Positions 18,975 through 28,251 of a stretch of DNA of 64,000 bases are shown piece after piece. The translations under genes and the position numbers were made by a program. Positions within the stretch are counted from its first letter, which is position 1, and every line of letters begins with the position of its first letter. The notes under the pieces are model-generated. The model saw only the letters and a list, made by a program, of their open reading frames with translations, made no database searches and was not told the DNA's origin. This DNA is from an uncultured Phycisphaerales bacterium (lineage in GTDB: Bacteria; Planctomycetota; Phycisphaerae; Phycisphaerales; SM1A02): the NCBI GenBank assembly GCA_938084645.1, contig CALKEP010000012.1:1-64000 (forward strand), read 5' to 3'.

Positions 18975-20435
18975 TCAGTCCCCGCGTTTCCAGCCGCCGC
19001 CAGTCGTATCGTCCTGTCCCGGAAGCCCCGGACGCCCCTGCCATTCCGGATTCCGGAACCGATAGAGGATCAACGGCGCCACGACGATCGCCGCGAAGGT
19101 TCCCAGCAGGGCGATGGTGAACGTCGATCCATCCATCGACATGTCCTTGGTCGCCGGTGGCCAGAACATGACGATGATTCCGGCGGTCGCGGTCAATCCA
19201 CCACCGCCCGCGACCACCATCAGACCGGCCATTCCGCCCGGAATCATGAACGCCCGCGGCACGGAGGGCTGCTTGAATCGAAGCACGATCACCGACAGGA
19301 ACATGAGGACGTACATCACCAGGTACACCTGCGCGGACGCGATCGTGAGGAAGTAGAAGATCCGGTTCAGGTCGAAGAACAACATCAACAGGCAGAGCAC
19401 CGAAACCACGCACCCCTGGAGGAGCATCACGTTTCGTGGCGCGCCACCCGCCGTGGTCCGTTGGAAGACCGGTGGAATCAAGCCGTCTTCGGCCGCCACG
19501 CGGAGCGACTCCGTCGGCCCGATGACCCAGACCATGATGTGACCGACCATGCCGGCGAGGGCGAGCCCCGCGAGGACCGCCACCATCCAGCCCCAGCCCA
19601 GCGGACCGAGGACCTTCGCGAACACCTGGAGCGTTCCCGCGGCCAGGTCGATCTCCTCGACCGGAACCAGCACCGCGACGCTCAAGGCCCCGAGCACCGA
19701 GATCGCCAGCACCAGCAGACCCGAGAAGAGCAGCGAACGCGGAATCGACCGCTGCGGGTCCCGCACATGACGGAAGTGGACCGAATTCACTTCGAGCCCG
19801 GAGAGAAACGAGAAGATCGCGACCACGCCGACGACCTGTCCGATCGAGTCGATTCGTGGCACCAGCCCCGACCACTCCAGCGGAATGGCGGATTCCCGGC
19901 CGGATCCCAGCCACCAGGCGGCGAGGCCGATCGCCAGAAAGACCGGAAGCAGGGTGCCGAGATAGAGCAGCGCGGTCGTGAGCCATCCACTGATGCTCAA
20001 GCCCTTGAAGTTGATGAGTGTCGCCGCCCAGAAGATTCCGAGGCTCACCACGACCTTGAACCAGCCGACGTCGTGCATCTCCGGGTCGATCGCGTAGGAC
20101 AGCGAGACGGCGCAGACCGCCAGGACGGTCGGGTACCAGACGAGGATCTGGACCCACTGGCACCAGATCCCCATGAAGGCCCAACGCTCCCCGAGCGCCT
20201 CGCGGATCCAGCGATAGACGCCCCCGTCATGGGGCCAGCCGACCCCGAGCTCCGCGGCGACGAGGCCCACCGGCAGAAAGAAACACAGGGTGAAGAAGGC
20301 GTAGTAGACGACGAGCGGCAGGCCGAAGGAGCCGACCTCCGGAAGGCCCTCGAGCCCCACCACGACCGCGGCGCTCATCATCGCGAGGACGAAGAGCGAG
20401 ATCGGTCGGCGGGCTTTCGGTTCGACGGCGGCCAT
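18975..20435 (-). CDS. APC-family amino acid permease (GadC-like antiporter)
   Basis: About 12 TM; LVAAELG.GWP..GGVYRWIREALGERW, GLEV, DPQRSIPR, PRAFMIPGG. Confidence 0.9.
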   Translation of the reverse strand: MAAVEPKARRPISLFVLAMMSAAVVVGLEGLPEVGSFGLPLVVYYAFFTLCFFLPVGLVAAELGVGWPHDGGVYRWIREALGERWAFMGIWCQWVQILVWYPTVLAVCAVSLSYAIDPEMHDVGWFKVVVSLGIFWAATLINFKGLSISGWLTTALLYLGTLLPVFLAIGLAAWWLGSGRESAIPLEWSGLVPRIDSIGQVVGVVAIFSFLSGLEVNSVHFRHVRDPQRSIPRSLLFSGLLVLAISVLGALSVAVLVPVEEIDLAAGTLQVFAKVLGPLGWGWMVAVLAGLALAGMVGHIMVWVIGPTESLRVAAEDGLIPPVFQRTTAGGAPRNVMLLQGCVVSVLCLLMLFFDLNRIFYFLTIASAQVYLVMYVLMFLSVIVLRFKQPSVPRAFMIPGGMAGLMVVAGGGGLTATAGIIVMFWPPATKDMSMDGSTFTIALLGTFAAIVVAPLILYRFRNPEWQGRPGLPGQDDTTGGGWKRGD

Positions 20436-20480
20436 GCCCGTTGAAGGTATCCGATCGGTCGGATCCTCGAACGGCCCGAA

Positions 20481-21944
20481 TCACCCTTCCACGGGGATCC
20501 GGTTCGCACGCCTTCGAAGCCACCGGCGGAATCCACGCATCACCATGAGGTGGAGCCATGCCTGCGAACACATGTAGATCGGCCACGGAAGGCTCGGCGC
20601 GTAGTCCTGCAGCGCGGTGAGCAGGATGCCGCGATCCTCGATCCGACGGAACTCGAGACGCGAACCCGGAGGCGACGCCCGCCGGACGAGCAGTCCACGG
20701 GTGATGTGCATCGTCTCGATCCCCTCGTCGCACGCCTCGGGGAGCCGGTTCAGCTCGAGCATCAGCAACAGACCGAAGAGATGCACGGTCACCCGGTTCG
20801 CCGCGCCGGCGTCCGACACTTCGGTGCGAATCCGAAGGAAAGGCCGAAACACCTTGCCGAGCCATGTCCAGTACGCCCGCATCGCGGTCTGCGGCGTGAG
20901 ATCATCCGGCATGCCCATGCGCTGGATCGATCGGACGAGGCTTCGCTGGTGGATCACCCTTCGATCCCGGGTTCTGGTCGCCCGGCGGGGATCATCGGCC
21001 TCACCCGCCTCCGCCAGGCATGCCTTCACCGACTCGTCGAAGCCGGCCAGCGAGGCGCGACCGAGATGGTCCAGCAGGCGGTTGTCGCGGGCGATCGTCG
21101 GCGTCTTGAGGCTGGCGATCAGGGGGACCACGAGACTCGCGGGCTCGCCACTGAAGAGCATGATCCAGAGGGTGGAGATCCGGGGCGAGGAGATCGGGAC
21201 CGGTACGGTCAGCGGATTCCGTCCCAGCGCCGCCGCCGCCCGGTGGATCATCCGGCCATAGGTCATCTCCTCCTCGATTCCCAGATCGAACTCCCCTCGC
21301 CACGCATCGCGATCGTCGAGCACCACCTCGAACGCCCGGACGACATCGTCGATCGCGACGGGCTGGGTGGGCGTCGAGGTCCACCGGGGCAGCACCATCA
21401 CGGGCAGCCGCCGGATCAGTCGGATCAACATCCGGAACGACGAACCCCCGCTTCCGATCACGAGGCCGGCTCGCAGCTCGGTGATCGTCGCCCGGCCGCT
21501 CCCGAGCACCACGCCGACCTCCTGCCGCGAGACCAGATGTCGCGAGAGCACGGACTCGTCCTGATGGGCGCCGAGTCCGCCGAGAAAGACGATGTGCGAG
21601 GTTCCCGCCGCGTCCATCGCCCGTCGCATGTTGTCGGCAAGCACGAGATCCAGGTCATCGAACCTGGCCTGGGTCAGCCTCGACTGAGGCGACATCGAGT
21701 GGACGAGGTAGATGACCACGTCGACGCCCTTGATCGCCGTCGCGATCGATTCGGGATCGAACAGGTCACACTGCCTCCATTCGACCCCGTCCCCATCGGT
21801 CGCGATCGAAGCGTCGCTCGACGGCCGCCGGGTGAGCGCGACGACGTCGAACCGATCCGCCAGCCGACGACGAAGCGCGCGACCGACGAATCCACTGGCA
21901 CCGGCGATCGCGATTCTGGTCCTTTTCGTCGAGTCTTCGGGCAC
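20481..21944 (-). CDS. NAD(P)-binding atypical SDR/epimerase (YbjT-like) with C-terminal extension
   Basis: IAGASGFVG, YLVHSM, HLVSRQEV, LRAGLVIGSGGSSF, TQPVAIDDV. Confidence 0.85.
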   Translation of the reverse strand: MPEDSTKRTRIAIAGASGFVGRALRRRLADRFDVVALTRRPSSDASIATDGDGVEWRQCDLFDPESIATAIKGVDVVIYLVHSMSPQSRLTQARFDDLDLVLADNMRRAMDAAGTSHIVFLGGLGAHQDESVLSRHLVSRQEVGVVLGSGRATITELRAGLVIGSGGSSFRMLIRLIRRLPVMVLPRWTSTPTQPVAIDDVVRAFEVVLDDRDAWRGEFDLGIEEEMTYGRMIHRAAAALGRNPLTVPVPISSPRISTLWIMLFSGEPASLVVPLIASLKTPTIARDNRLLDHLGRASLAGFDESVKACLAEAGEADDPRRATRTRDRRVIHQRSLVRSIQRMGMPDDLTPQTAMRAYWTWLGKVFRPFLRIRTEVSDAGAANRVTVHLFGLLLMLELNRLPEACDEGIETMHITRGLLVRRASPPGSRLEFRRIEDRGILLTALQDYAPSLPWPIYMCSQAWLHLMVMRGFRRWLRRRANRIPVEG

Positions 21945-22013
21945 GTTCGCTCCAGGTCTCCTCGGCGGACGCGGTCGTGCCGCGATCGTGGATGCCGGAA
22001 GACACCACGATCG

Positions 22014-22946
22014 TCAGCCGCCGCAGGGGCCCCACTGGGCCACGAGAGCGCCGATGTCCGAGCCACCGACCACCCCATCTCCATTGAGATCGTACACGGG
22101 GTCCGTGGATCCCCACGCCCCGAGCAACAGCCCGAGGTCCGCCGACCCCACCCCGCCGTAGCAGTTGAAGTCCGCCCGGCATTCGCCGCAGTAGGGTTCG
22201 ATCAGGTTCGCACCCTCGTCGATGTAGCTTCCCGGCGGCACCACATCGCAGCAGCCCTCCACTTCGCACCCGACGAGCGCCGGCGTGGCGTCGACCTGGT
22301 TGTACATGGCGCGGCCGTAGAGCCCGACGGAGTTGTCGCTCCAGAAACAGTCCCGATACATCGGAGACGCATCGGTTCCGTTGAGGCACCCGCCCCCGAC
22401 CAGATCCGCCCGATTGCCGATGAACGCGCATTCCTCGAAGATCGGATCGCTGGCCGATCCGAAGATCCCGACGCCACCTCCGAACACCGAAGCCGTGTTC
22501 TCGATGAATCGCACGCCACGCAAGGACGGGCTCGAGTCGACGATCAGAAGCCCCGCACCAAGGTCGATGTCACCTTCGAGCACGTCGAGATCCTCGATCC
22601 TCGTGTCCGCGGTCTCCCCGGAGCGGCAACTGAGGATTCCGGTGCCGCCCATTCCAATGAGCCGGGCCATCGGTCGACCGAGTCGATCCGTCTCTCCCCG
22701 AAGGGTGATCGAACGGCCCCGGAGGTCGATCACCGTCTCGACCGTGTGATCCCCCGCTTCGAGCAGGATCTCATCCCCGGCGACCACCACGTCGTCGAGC
22801 AGCTCCTGGATCCGGGAGGCCGGACCGGGCGGGACGAGAAACGTGTCGGAGACGGCGGCCGCGGCCGGAAGCACCGAGAGCACGAGCACTCGGACGGCTC
22901 GAAGGCCGCACGCGGCGCGGACGCCGGAAGTGGATCGAAGCGTCAT
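22014..22946 (-). CDS. Secreted right-handed beta-helix protein with C-terminal dockerin-like pair
   Basis: IQ..LD....GDEILL..G; F..N.A..GGG repeats; CRADFNCYGGVGSADLGLLLGAWG and DLNGDGVVGGSDIGALVAQWGPC. Confidence 0.8.
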   Translation of the reverse strand: MTLRSTSGVRAACGLRAVRVLVLSVLPAAAAVSDTFLVPPGPASRIQELLDDVVVAGDEILLEAGDHTVETVIDLRGRSITLRGETDRLGRPMARLIGMGGTGILSCRSGETADTRIEDLDVLEGDIDLGAGLLIVDSSPSLRGVRFIENTASVFGGGVGIFGSASDPIFEECAFIGNRADLVGGGCLNGTDASPMYRDCFWSDNSVGLYGRAMYNQVDATPALVGCEVEGCCDVVPPGSYIDEGANLIEPYCGECRADFNCYGGVGSADLGLLLGAWGSTDPVYDLNGDGVVGGSDIGALVAQWGPCGG

Positions 22947-23033
22947 GACGGTTCTCCGTGGGTGGAACGACCTCGTTGGCTTCGGCGGGTGTCGGCCACG
23001 GGATTCAGGAAGCGGACGGGGATGCGCAGGTGC

Positions 23034-24497
23034 TCAGCGACCGCGCGCGGTCCAGTCTCCCAGCAGGAGGCCGAGATCCCGCGGGCCGACGATGCCGTCC
23101 CGATCAAGGTCGGCGACCGCGTATCCACCGATGGACTCGTACCCCCACGTCTCGAGGATCACGGCGAGATCCTTCGGCCCGACGACGCCGTCGTCGTCGA
23201 AATCCGTGGGGCCCGAGGATCCGTAGGACGCACGATGCACCTCGTGCTTGAGCTCGTCGGTCGAACAGGGAAATCCGGTCCAGGTCGGCATCCACGGCCC
23301 GATGAACAGCTGAGCCGGCGCCGAGTTGAGACCCGCCGAAAGCGCCGTCCCGGAAGGATCGACGCCGACGAATTCCGCGGGTGCGATCGAGACCGCCGTT
23401 CCCGTCTCGACATCCCACCGCATGCTCGCGCGGGTCGACCCGGGGTAGGCTCGCACGCAGACCACGCCTTGCGGAGCCGCGGTGGAATCGTTGTAGAACA
23501 CCAGGTGGTCGTCGCAGATCCCCATGATCCGCTCACCATCGATGAAGAAGGTGACGCAGCCCTGGCCCGTCGAGGTGATCGTGGAATCGAAGCGGTACTC
23601 GTGGACGCCCCCGTCGGCGAGATCGACGGTGCCCGGCCCGCCACCGTCGTGAAGGTCCATCGCGATGGTCACCATGTTCGTGTACGCGTATCCCTGGACG
23701 AGCGTCGAATCACCGACCGTGAACTTCACGTTTCGCTGCGAGAACCCCCGGCACAGTGCGAATCCCGTACAACCGTCGTTCCCGTTCTGTCCGGGCCACT
23801 TCACGAAGTCGCCCTGCGCCCCGCAATCGGCTTCCGAAGGATCTTCGCTGGCGGCCCGGGTTCCCGCCTGATCGGACGCCGCCGAGACCGGGACGAGGAG
23901 CATTCCGTTTCGGCCGTAGCGAGCCAGCGTACCGGGCTCGATGTCGATCTCCGAACCCGACCCCGGTGTCCCCGGGCCGGGACCGCCCGACCCCCGCGGG
24001 TCGTCCTGGGTCGAACCGTCATGAAACGTCCAGACCGCGGGCGTGAACCCCGACATCCCGCCATCCGCGACACCCGCCAACCGGAGCGAAGCCCGAACGG
24101 AAAAGAGGTCGCCGGCGCGGTCGATGACGTTGTCGGAGGAGGCGATGCAGGAACCGATCCCGTTGGAGCCGCCTCCCAACGGAGGCGCGACGCAGCCCTT
24201 GGGGAGGGGTACCCCGTCGCAGGCGACCTTGAAGGTCGACGGATCACCAGGACGCGTCGGAAGAAGCACTGGTCCCGTCGGAACCCATGCATCCAGCCAT
24301 GGCTGCTCGCTCCACCGGCCGTGGCTGTAGATGCACCAGTCCGGAAAACCCGCGGTGCTCTGACCGATGTTCCAACGATGCGGGGTGTCCTGCGGGAGCG
24401 GCGTCTTCGACCAATCCGAGGTCACATCCGCGATCGCCGCGACCGTGGGGGCCAGAGCGATGATGCCGATTCCTCGAATGCACGTCCCTCGGTCCAT
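23034..24497 (-). CDS. Secreted GH16-like glycoside hydrolase with C-terminal dockerin-like pair
   Basis: PAVWTF...SEIDIE catalytic ExDxE motif, HEYRFD, VTFFIDG, IGPW; two D-x-D-x-D-G-x-V-G-P-x-D-L...WG/GDW repeats; start re-chosen at 24497. Confidence 0.7.
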   Translation of the reverse strand: MDRGTCIRGIGIIALAPTVAAIADVTSDWSKTPLPQDTPHRWNIGQSTAGFPDWCIYSHGRWSEQPWLDAWVPTGPVLLPTRPGDPSTFKVACDGVPLPKGCVAPPLGGGSNGIGSCIASSDNVIDRAGDLFSVRASLRLAGVADGGMSGFTPAVWTFHDGSTQDDPRGSGGPGPGTPGSGSEIDIEPGTLARYGRNGMLLVPVSAASDQAGTRAASEDPSEADCGAQGDFVKWPGQNGNDGCTGFALCRGFSQRNVKFTVGDSTLVQGYAYTNMVTIAMDLHDGGGPGTVDLADGGVHEYRFDSTITSTGQGCVTFFIDGERIMGICDDHLVFYNDSTAAPQGVVCVRAYPGSTRASMRWDVETGTAVSIAPAEFVGVDPSGTALSAGLNSAPAQLFIGPWMPTWTGFPCSTDELKHEVHRASYGSSGPTDFDDDGVVGPKDLAVILETWGYESIGGYAVADLDRDGIVGPRDLGLLLGDWTARGR

Positions 24498-25020
24498 GGA
24501 ACTTCCTCTCGGATCGTCACCCGCGGACCAGCGTCGGCCGCGGGAAGTGAGCACGTACCCAAAGGTATCGCACGACCCCGGCGGATCGAACCCGAATCGG
24601 ACATCGCCGTTGATTCGTGAAAGCGAACCCCGTCGGCCGTCGATTTATGGGCTGCAGGCCTCGCCATTCGATCACGCGGATCGACCGGCCCCCGAGGCTG
24701 CGGCACGTCACGCGAGCCATCCTTCCCCCCCGCCCTGGTCGAGCGATCTTCGAAACGCCGCCGGCCGGAAGCCGCCGCATCGCCGTGAGACCGCGATCGC
24801 CCATAAAACGATCGTTGACGGTTGTTCGGGCGGTGATGACCACGGTCGGGGTCGACCGAGGCGATGTCGGCCACCGACACCGATCGACGATGAGGTGGTG
24901 ATTTTGATGTGGGATTTCACTGAATCAGAGGTACGGTATTCAAAGTTCCCACCCGAGCCGGCGGCGTCGCATCCCAAGATTCGACGCTTCGCTCATCGAT
25001 GTCGAGAAAGGACCCTCGAA

Positions 25021-25863
25021 ATGCAGATCCGCCCCGCCCTTGCCGCCACCGCGCTCCTCACCGCCGGCGTCGCCTTCGCCGGAGACACCGAACCCGACAC
25101 CTACTCCGGCGGGTACGCGCTTGCCGTGCTTCCTCAGGAGTTCGTGCTCGCCGGCGCGATTCCGCTCGGGGTCAACTTCGATTTTCCCGGTAATCCCGCG
25201 ATCCCCGTCGTGAACGGCGGCACCACTCCGGCCCTCGATCCGACCACCTTCGGCGTGGTCGGCTTCATGCAGGCCACCTCGCAGGACAACGGCGATGGGA
25301 CCTACTCCGTCGGATACGAAGCCTTCACGGCCGACGGCTCACCCTTCGTCACCGACGGGATGAACACGCTGGTCCCGACCGCCAAGGGACTTCAAGAGGC
25401 GACGGACCTGGTCATCGACCTCGGCAACGGCTACGAGAACCCCAATTTCCCGATCAACGGCGCGGATGTCTGCGGCGACGAGGGCGACATCTTCATCGGG
25501 GTCGAGTACTACTTCTACCGAGTCGACGGCACCGAGAATCGCGAATTCGGCGACACGACCGGCGCGTACATCCGGCCCGAGGGATTCACGTTCGCCTGGG
25601 GATACGACATCGCCGATGCTCGCACGTTCAACCGCGTCGGTTTCGTCGCGACATTCGCCGCGGTGTCCTGTGCCGGCGACGGCTGCTTCGGCGACCTCAA
25701 TGAGGACGGCATGGTGGACTCCGCGGACATCGGCCTGCTGCTCTCCGCCTGGGGCTCCTGCGGCAAGGCGGGGCCCGGCTGCTTCGGTGACCTGAACGAG
25801 GACGGCGTCGTCGACGGCACCGACATCGGCCTCATCCTCGGCGCATGGGGCGTCTGCCCCTGA
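25021..25863 (+). CDS. Secreted protein of unknown function with C-terminal dockerin-like pair
   Basis: ATG at 25021 after GAAAGGA; signal peptide MQIRPALAATALLTAGVAFA; CFGDLNEDG.VD..DIGL.L.AWG.C twice. Confidence 0.85.
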   Translation: MQIRPALAATALLTAGVAFAGDTEPDTYSGGYALAVLPQEFVLAGAIPLGVNFDFPGNPAIPVVNGGTTPALDPTTFGVVGFMQATSQDNGDGTYSVGYEAFTADGSPFVTDGMNTLVPTAKGLQEATDLVIDLGNGYENPNFPINGADVCGDEGDIFIGVEYYFYRVDGTENREFGDTTGAYIRPEGFTFAWGYDIADARTFNRVGFVATFAAVSCAGDGCFGDLNEDGMVDSADIGLLLSAWGSCGKAGPGCFGDLNEDGVVDGTDIGLILGAWGVCP

Positions 25864-25892
25864 TCACCGAGCGACGACTCGATCACGACCAC

Positions 25893-25925
25893 GAAGGCCC
25901 CGCTCCGGCGGGGCCTTCTTCGTTT
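25893..25925 (+). terminator. Intrinsic terminator
   Basis: GAAGGCCCCGC-tccg-GCGGGGCCTTC followed by TTCGTTT. Confidence 0.75.
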
Positions 25926-25965
25926 CAAGGCGGACTTCGACGGCGGTTGTGCTAGCCTCCTCACC

Positions 25966-26511
25966 ATGGGCAAGCCGAAACGAAAGAAGAACAAGCCCGG
26001 CGGTGGCTACACACCGCCACCCACCGATCCCGCGACCGAGATCGCAGCACTGCGTGAGCTTCGGACCACGCTCGACGCGGATCGTCCCGGCCCCGAGTGG
26101 GGGGCGGTGCAAAAGGCGATGATCAAGGCCGGCATCGATTCGAACCTGGTCGCCAGAGCGGTGGTCGGACGCGACGTCGACCTGATCGATCGTCTGATCG
26201 ACCACCTCGAAGACCCCGAGTGCCCGGTGGAACCGCCGGAGCCCGAGGTCGAACCCGGCCCCGAGATTCCTGAAGAGGTAATGCGTGATGCGATGCGTGC
26301 GTTTCGCAAACGCGTGAAGCTCACCAAGCTCGATCATGAATCGAAACTCGCGAGAAGCCCGCTTTCGAGTGGAAAGTCCGCGGACTTCGAAGCGATCCTG
26401 CCCCCGAACCAGTTCCCTTCGGAGGTCTGGTGGGCCCTCGCGGCGCGAGGCGACCTCGAGTCGACCGGTGGCGGCTTCTACCGCGTCCCGGTTCCCCGAC
26501 AGGAGTTCTGA
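25966..26511 (+). CDS. Hypothetical protein with planctomycete-type conserved C-terminal domain
   Basis: Host-like codon usage; AMRAFRKRVKLTKLDHESKL..SPLSSG....I.PP.QFP..VW..L...G.L...G.GFY. Confidence 0.7.
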   Translation: MGKPKRKKNKPGGGYTPPPTDPATEIAALRELRTTLDADRPGPEWGAVQKAMIKAGIDSNLVARAVVGRDVDLIDRLIDHLEDPECPVEPPEPEVEPGPEIPEEVMRDAMRAFRKRVKLTKLDHESKLARSPLSSGKSADFEAILPPNQFPSEVWWALAARGDLESTGGGFYRVPVPRQEF

Positions 26512-26586
26512 TTCATCGAGCTCCGCCGACGGCGAGCCCGCCTCGGCGACTGACGACCGGTCGAGACGTGGCCGCGATCGATCCGC

Positions 26587-26910
26587 TCAGGACGTCTCTT
26601 CCGGCATCTCCCGCAGGATGCGGACCAGCAGGACGTCGACATAGAGAAACACGAACGGAAGCACCGCCCCGACCAGCCCCAGGATCGTCATCCGACCGGT
26701 GAGGGGTACCAGGACCCGTCCGATGAGGAACATCGCCACCGCCACGATGAAGAGGAGGCCGTGCAACGATCCGACGACGGAGACCCACTCCGGCTGGCCC
26801 GCGAGGTACTTCATGGGCATGGCGACGCCGAAGAGCACCAGCGTCGAGATGCCCTCGACGAAACAGGCGATGATCAGAAGCTTGAGGAAGAATCGGGGAG
26901 ACATGGACAT
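26587..26910 (-). CDS. DUF3817-like small membrane protein
   Basis: VEGISTLVLFGVAMPMKY, G.LHGLLF, AVLPF; start at 26910 or 26904. Confidence 0.85.
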   Translation of the reverse strand: MSMSPRFFLKLLIIACFVEGISTLVLFGVAMPMKYLAGQPEWVSVVGSLHGLLFIVAVAMFLIGRVLVPLTGRMTILGLVGAVLPFVFLYVDVLLVRILREMPEETS

Positions 26911-27023
26911 CCATTCGGTACGGGCATCGACGCGACGGCGACCGTCGCCGGAGATGCAATGGTAGGCGGTACCGGCGTCACCGACCCCATCAACCGCAGG
27001 CGTCCGACCCTCCAGGCGGTAGA

Positions 27024-28160
27024 ATGCCGACCGACACCATGAACACGCCCACCCGCACCGCCGCAACGTCCTCCACACCAACGACCCTCGCCATCATTCT
27101 GTGCGGGATGCTGTCGAACGCGTTTCTCGCCGTCGGATGCGAGCAACGCCCGGCCCCGCCGACCGAAACGCCCGCCTCCACATCAAGATCAACGACCTCG
27201 GAGGCGGCCCCCCGCCTCGAGTTCGATGAACCCGTGATCGACTTCGGAAGCGTCCCGGACCACGAGACCCGCACCGCCGAGGTCGTCGTCCGAAACGCCG
27301 GCGGCCGACCACTCACCGTCCAGAAGGTCGTTCCGACGTGTGGTTGCACGACGGTCGGGTTCAAGACCCCCATGACCATTCCCGTGGGCGGCCAGTCCAC
27401 CATCACCCTCGACTTCGATCCCAAGGGCGGAGGCAGGCAGGAGAAGTACGTGCAGGTCGTCTCGAACGATCCCCGCCGACCGACCAGCACCGTCACGATC
27501 CGCGCCAACGTCATCGCGACGCTGACCGCCGAACCGAGGTTCCTCGCGCTGGGCCGGGTCACCGCCGGGACGCCGGTCCTGGGCTCGATCGAAGTGACCG
27601 CCGCCGAAGACGGCTGCAGCCTGAAGGGCGCGAAGATCACGGGCGATCTCGCCCCCTACGCCACGCCCTCGATCACTCGAGTGAACGATCCCGCCGAGGC
27701 CCGCGGCGTCTGGCGGGTCGACGTGAACATCGCCCCGACGGCCCCGTGGGGCTGGCACAACGGGAGCATGATCGTCGAAGGAACCATCGACACCGCGGAA
27801 GGCCCGAAGCCGATCGAGATGAACTTCGCCATCAACGGCTCGTTCGAGGGATCGGTGATCGCCGACGAGACCCTGCTCGGCCTGCTCACGCTCCGACCCG
27901 GACAACCGATCGATCGGGAGACGACGCTCCAACGCGTCGACGGACGACCGCTCGCGCTGCTCTCCACGACGATCGTGGACGGCGAGCCAGGGCTCGAAGC
28001 CGTCGTCGAACCCCTCGATCCCGAGCGGACGAAGTGGCGACTCCGGCTCCGAGGCAAGGCGCCGACCCGGCTCGGAAGCGTCCGCGGCACGATCGTGGTC
28101 ACCACCGACGATCCCGCGAATCCGGTCGTCGCGATTCGATACGCCGGCAACGTGCGCTGA
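27024..28160 (+). CDS. DUF1573-domain (Ig-like) lipoprotein
   Basis: LAVGC lipobox; DFG.V...RN.G..PL....V.PTCGCT and V.SNDP; further Ig-like repeats. Confidence 0.8.
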   Translation: MPTDTMNTPTRTAATSSTPTTLAIILCGMLSNAFLAVGCEQRPAPPTETPASTSRSTTSEAAPRLEFDEPVIDFGSVPDHETRTAEVVVRNAGGRPLTVQKVVPTCGCTTVGFKTPMTIPVGGQSTITLDFDPKGGGRQEKYVQVVSNDPRRPTSTVTIRANVIATLTAEPRFLALGRVTAGTPVLGSIEVTAAEDGCSLKGAKITGDLAPYATPSITRVNDPAEARGVWRVDVNIAPTAPWGWHNGSMIVEGTIDTAEGPKPIEMNFAINGSFEGSVIADETLLGLLTLRPGQPIDRETTLQRVDGRPLALLSTTIVDGEPGLEAVVEPLDPERTKWRLRLRGKAPTRLGSVRGTIVVTTDDPANPVVAIRYAGNVR

Positions 28161-28251
28161 ACACGATCGGCCGGTGCGGAAACCGCCGCCTCCGGGGCAA
28201 CGGATCGATTTCGGTATCGACCCCTATCGCCGTCTGATAGGGTGATTTGCG

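Noticed and set aside
18975..20435. Glutamate-dependent acid-resistance system (gadC)
   Set aside because: The permease is GadC-like, but no decarboxylase gene is adjacent and the substrate cannot be assigned.
20550..24620. 1356-aa plus-strand ORF
   Set aside because: Antisense to three well-supported minus-strand genes; Arg/Pro/His-rich with no motifs; typical high-GC shadow ORF.
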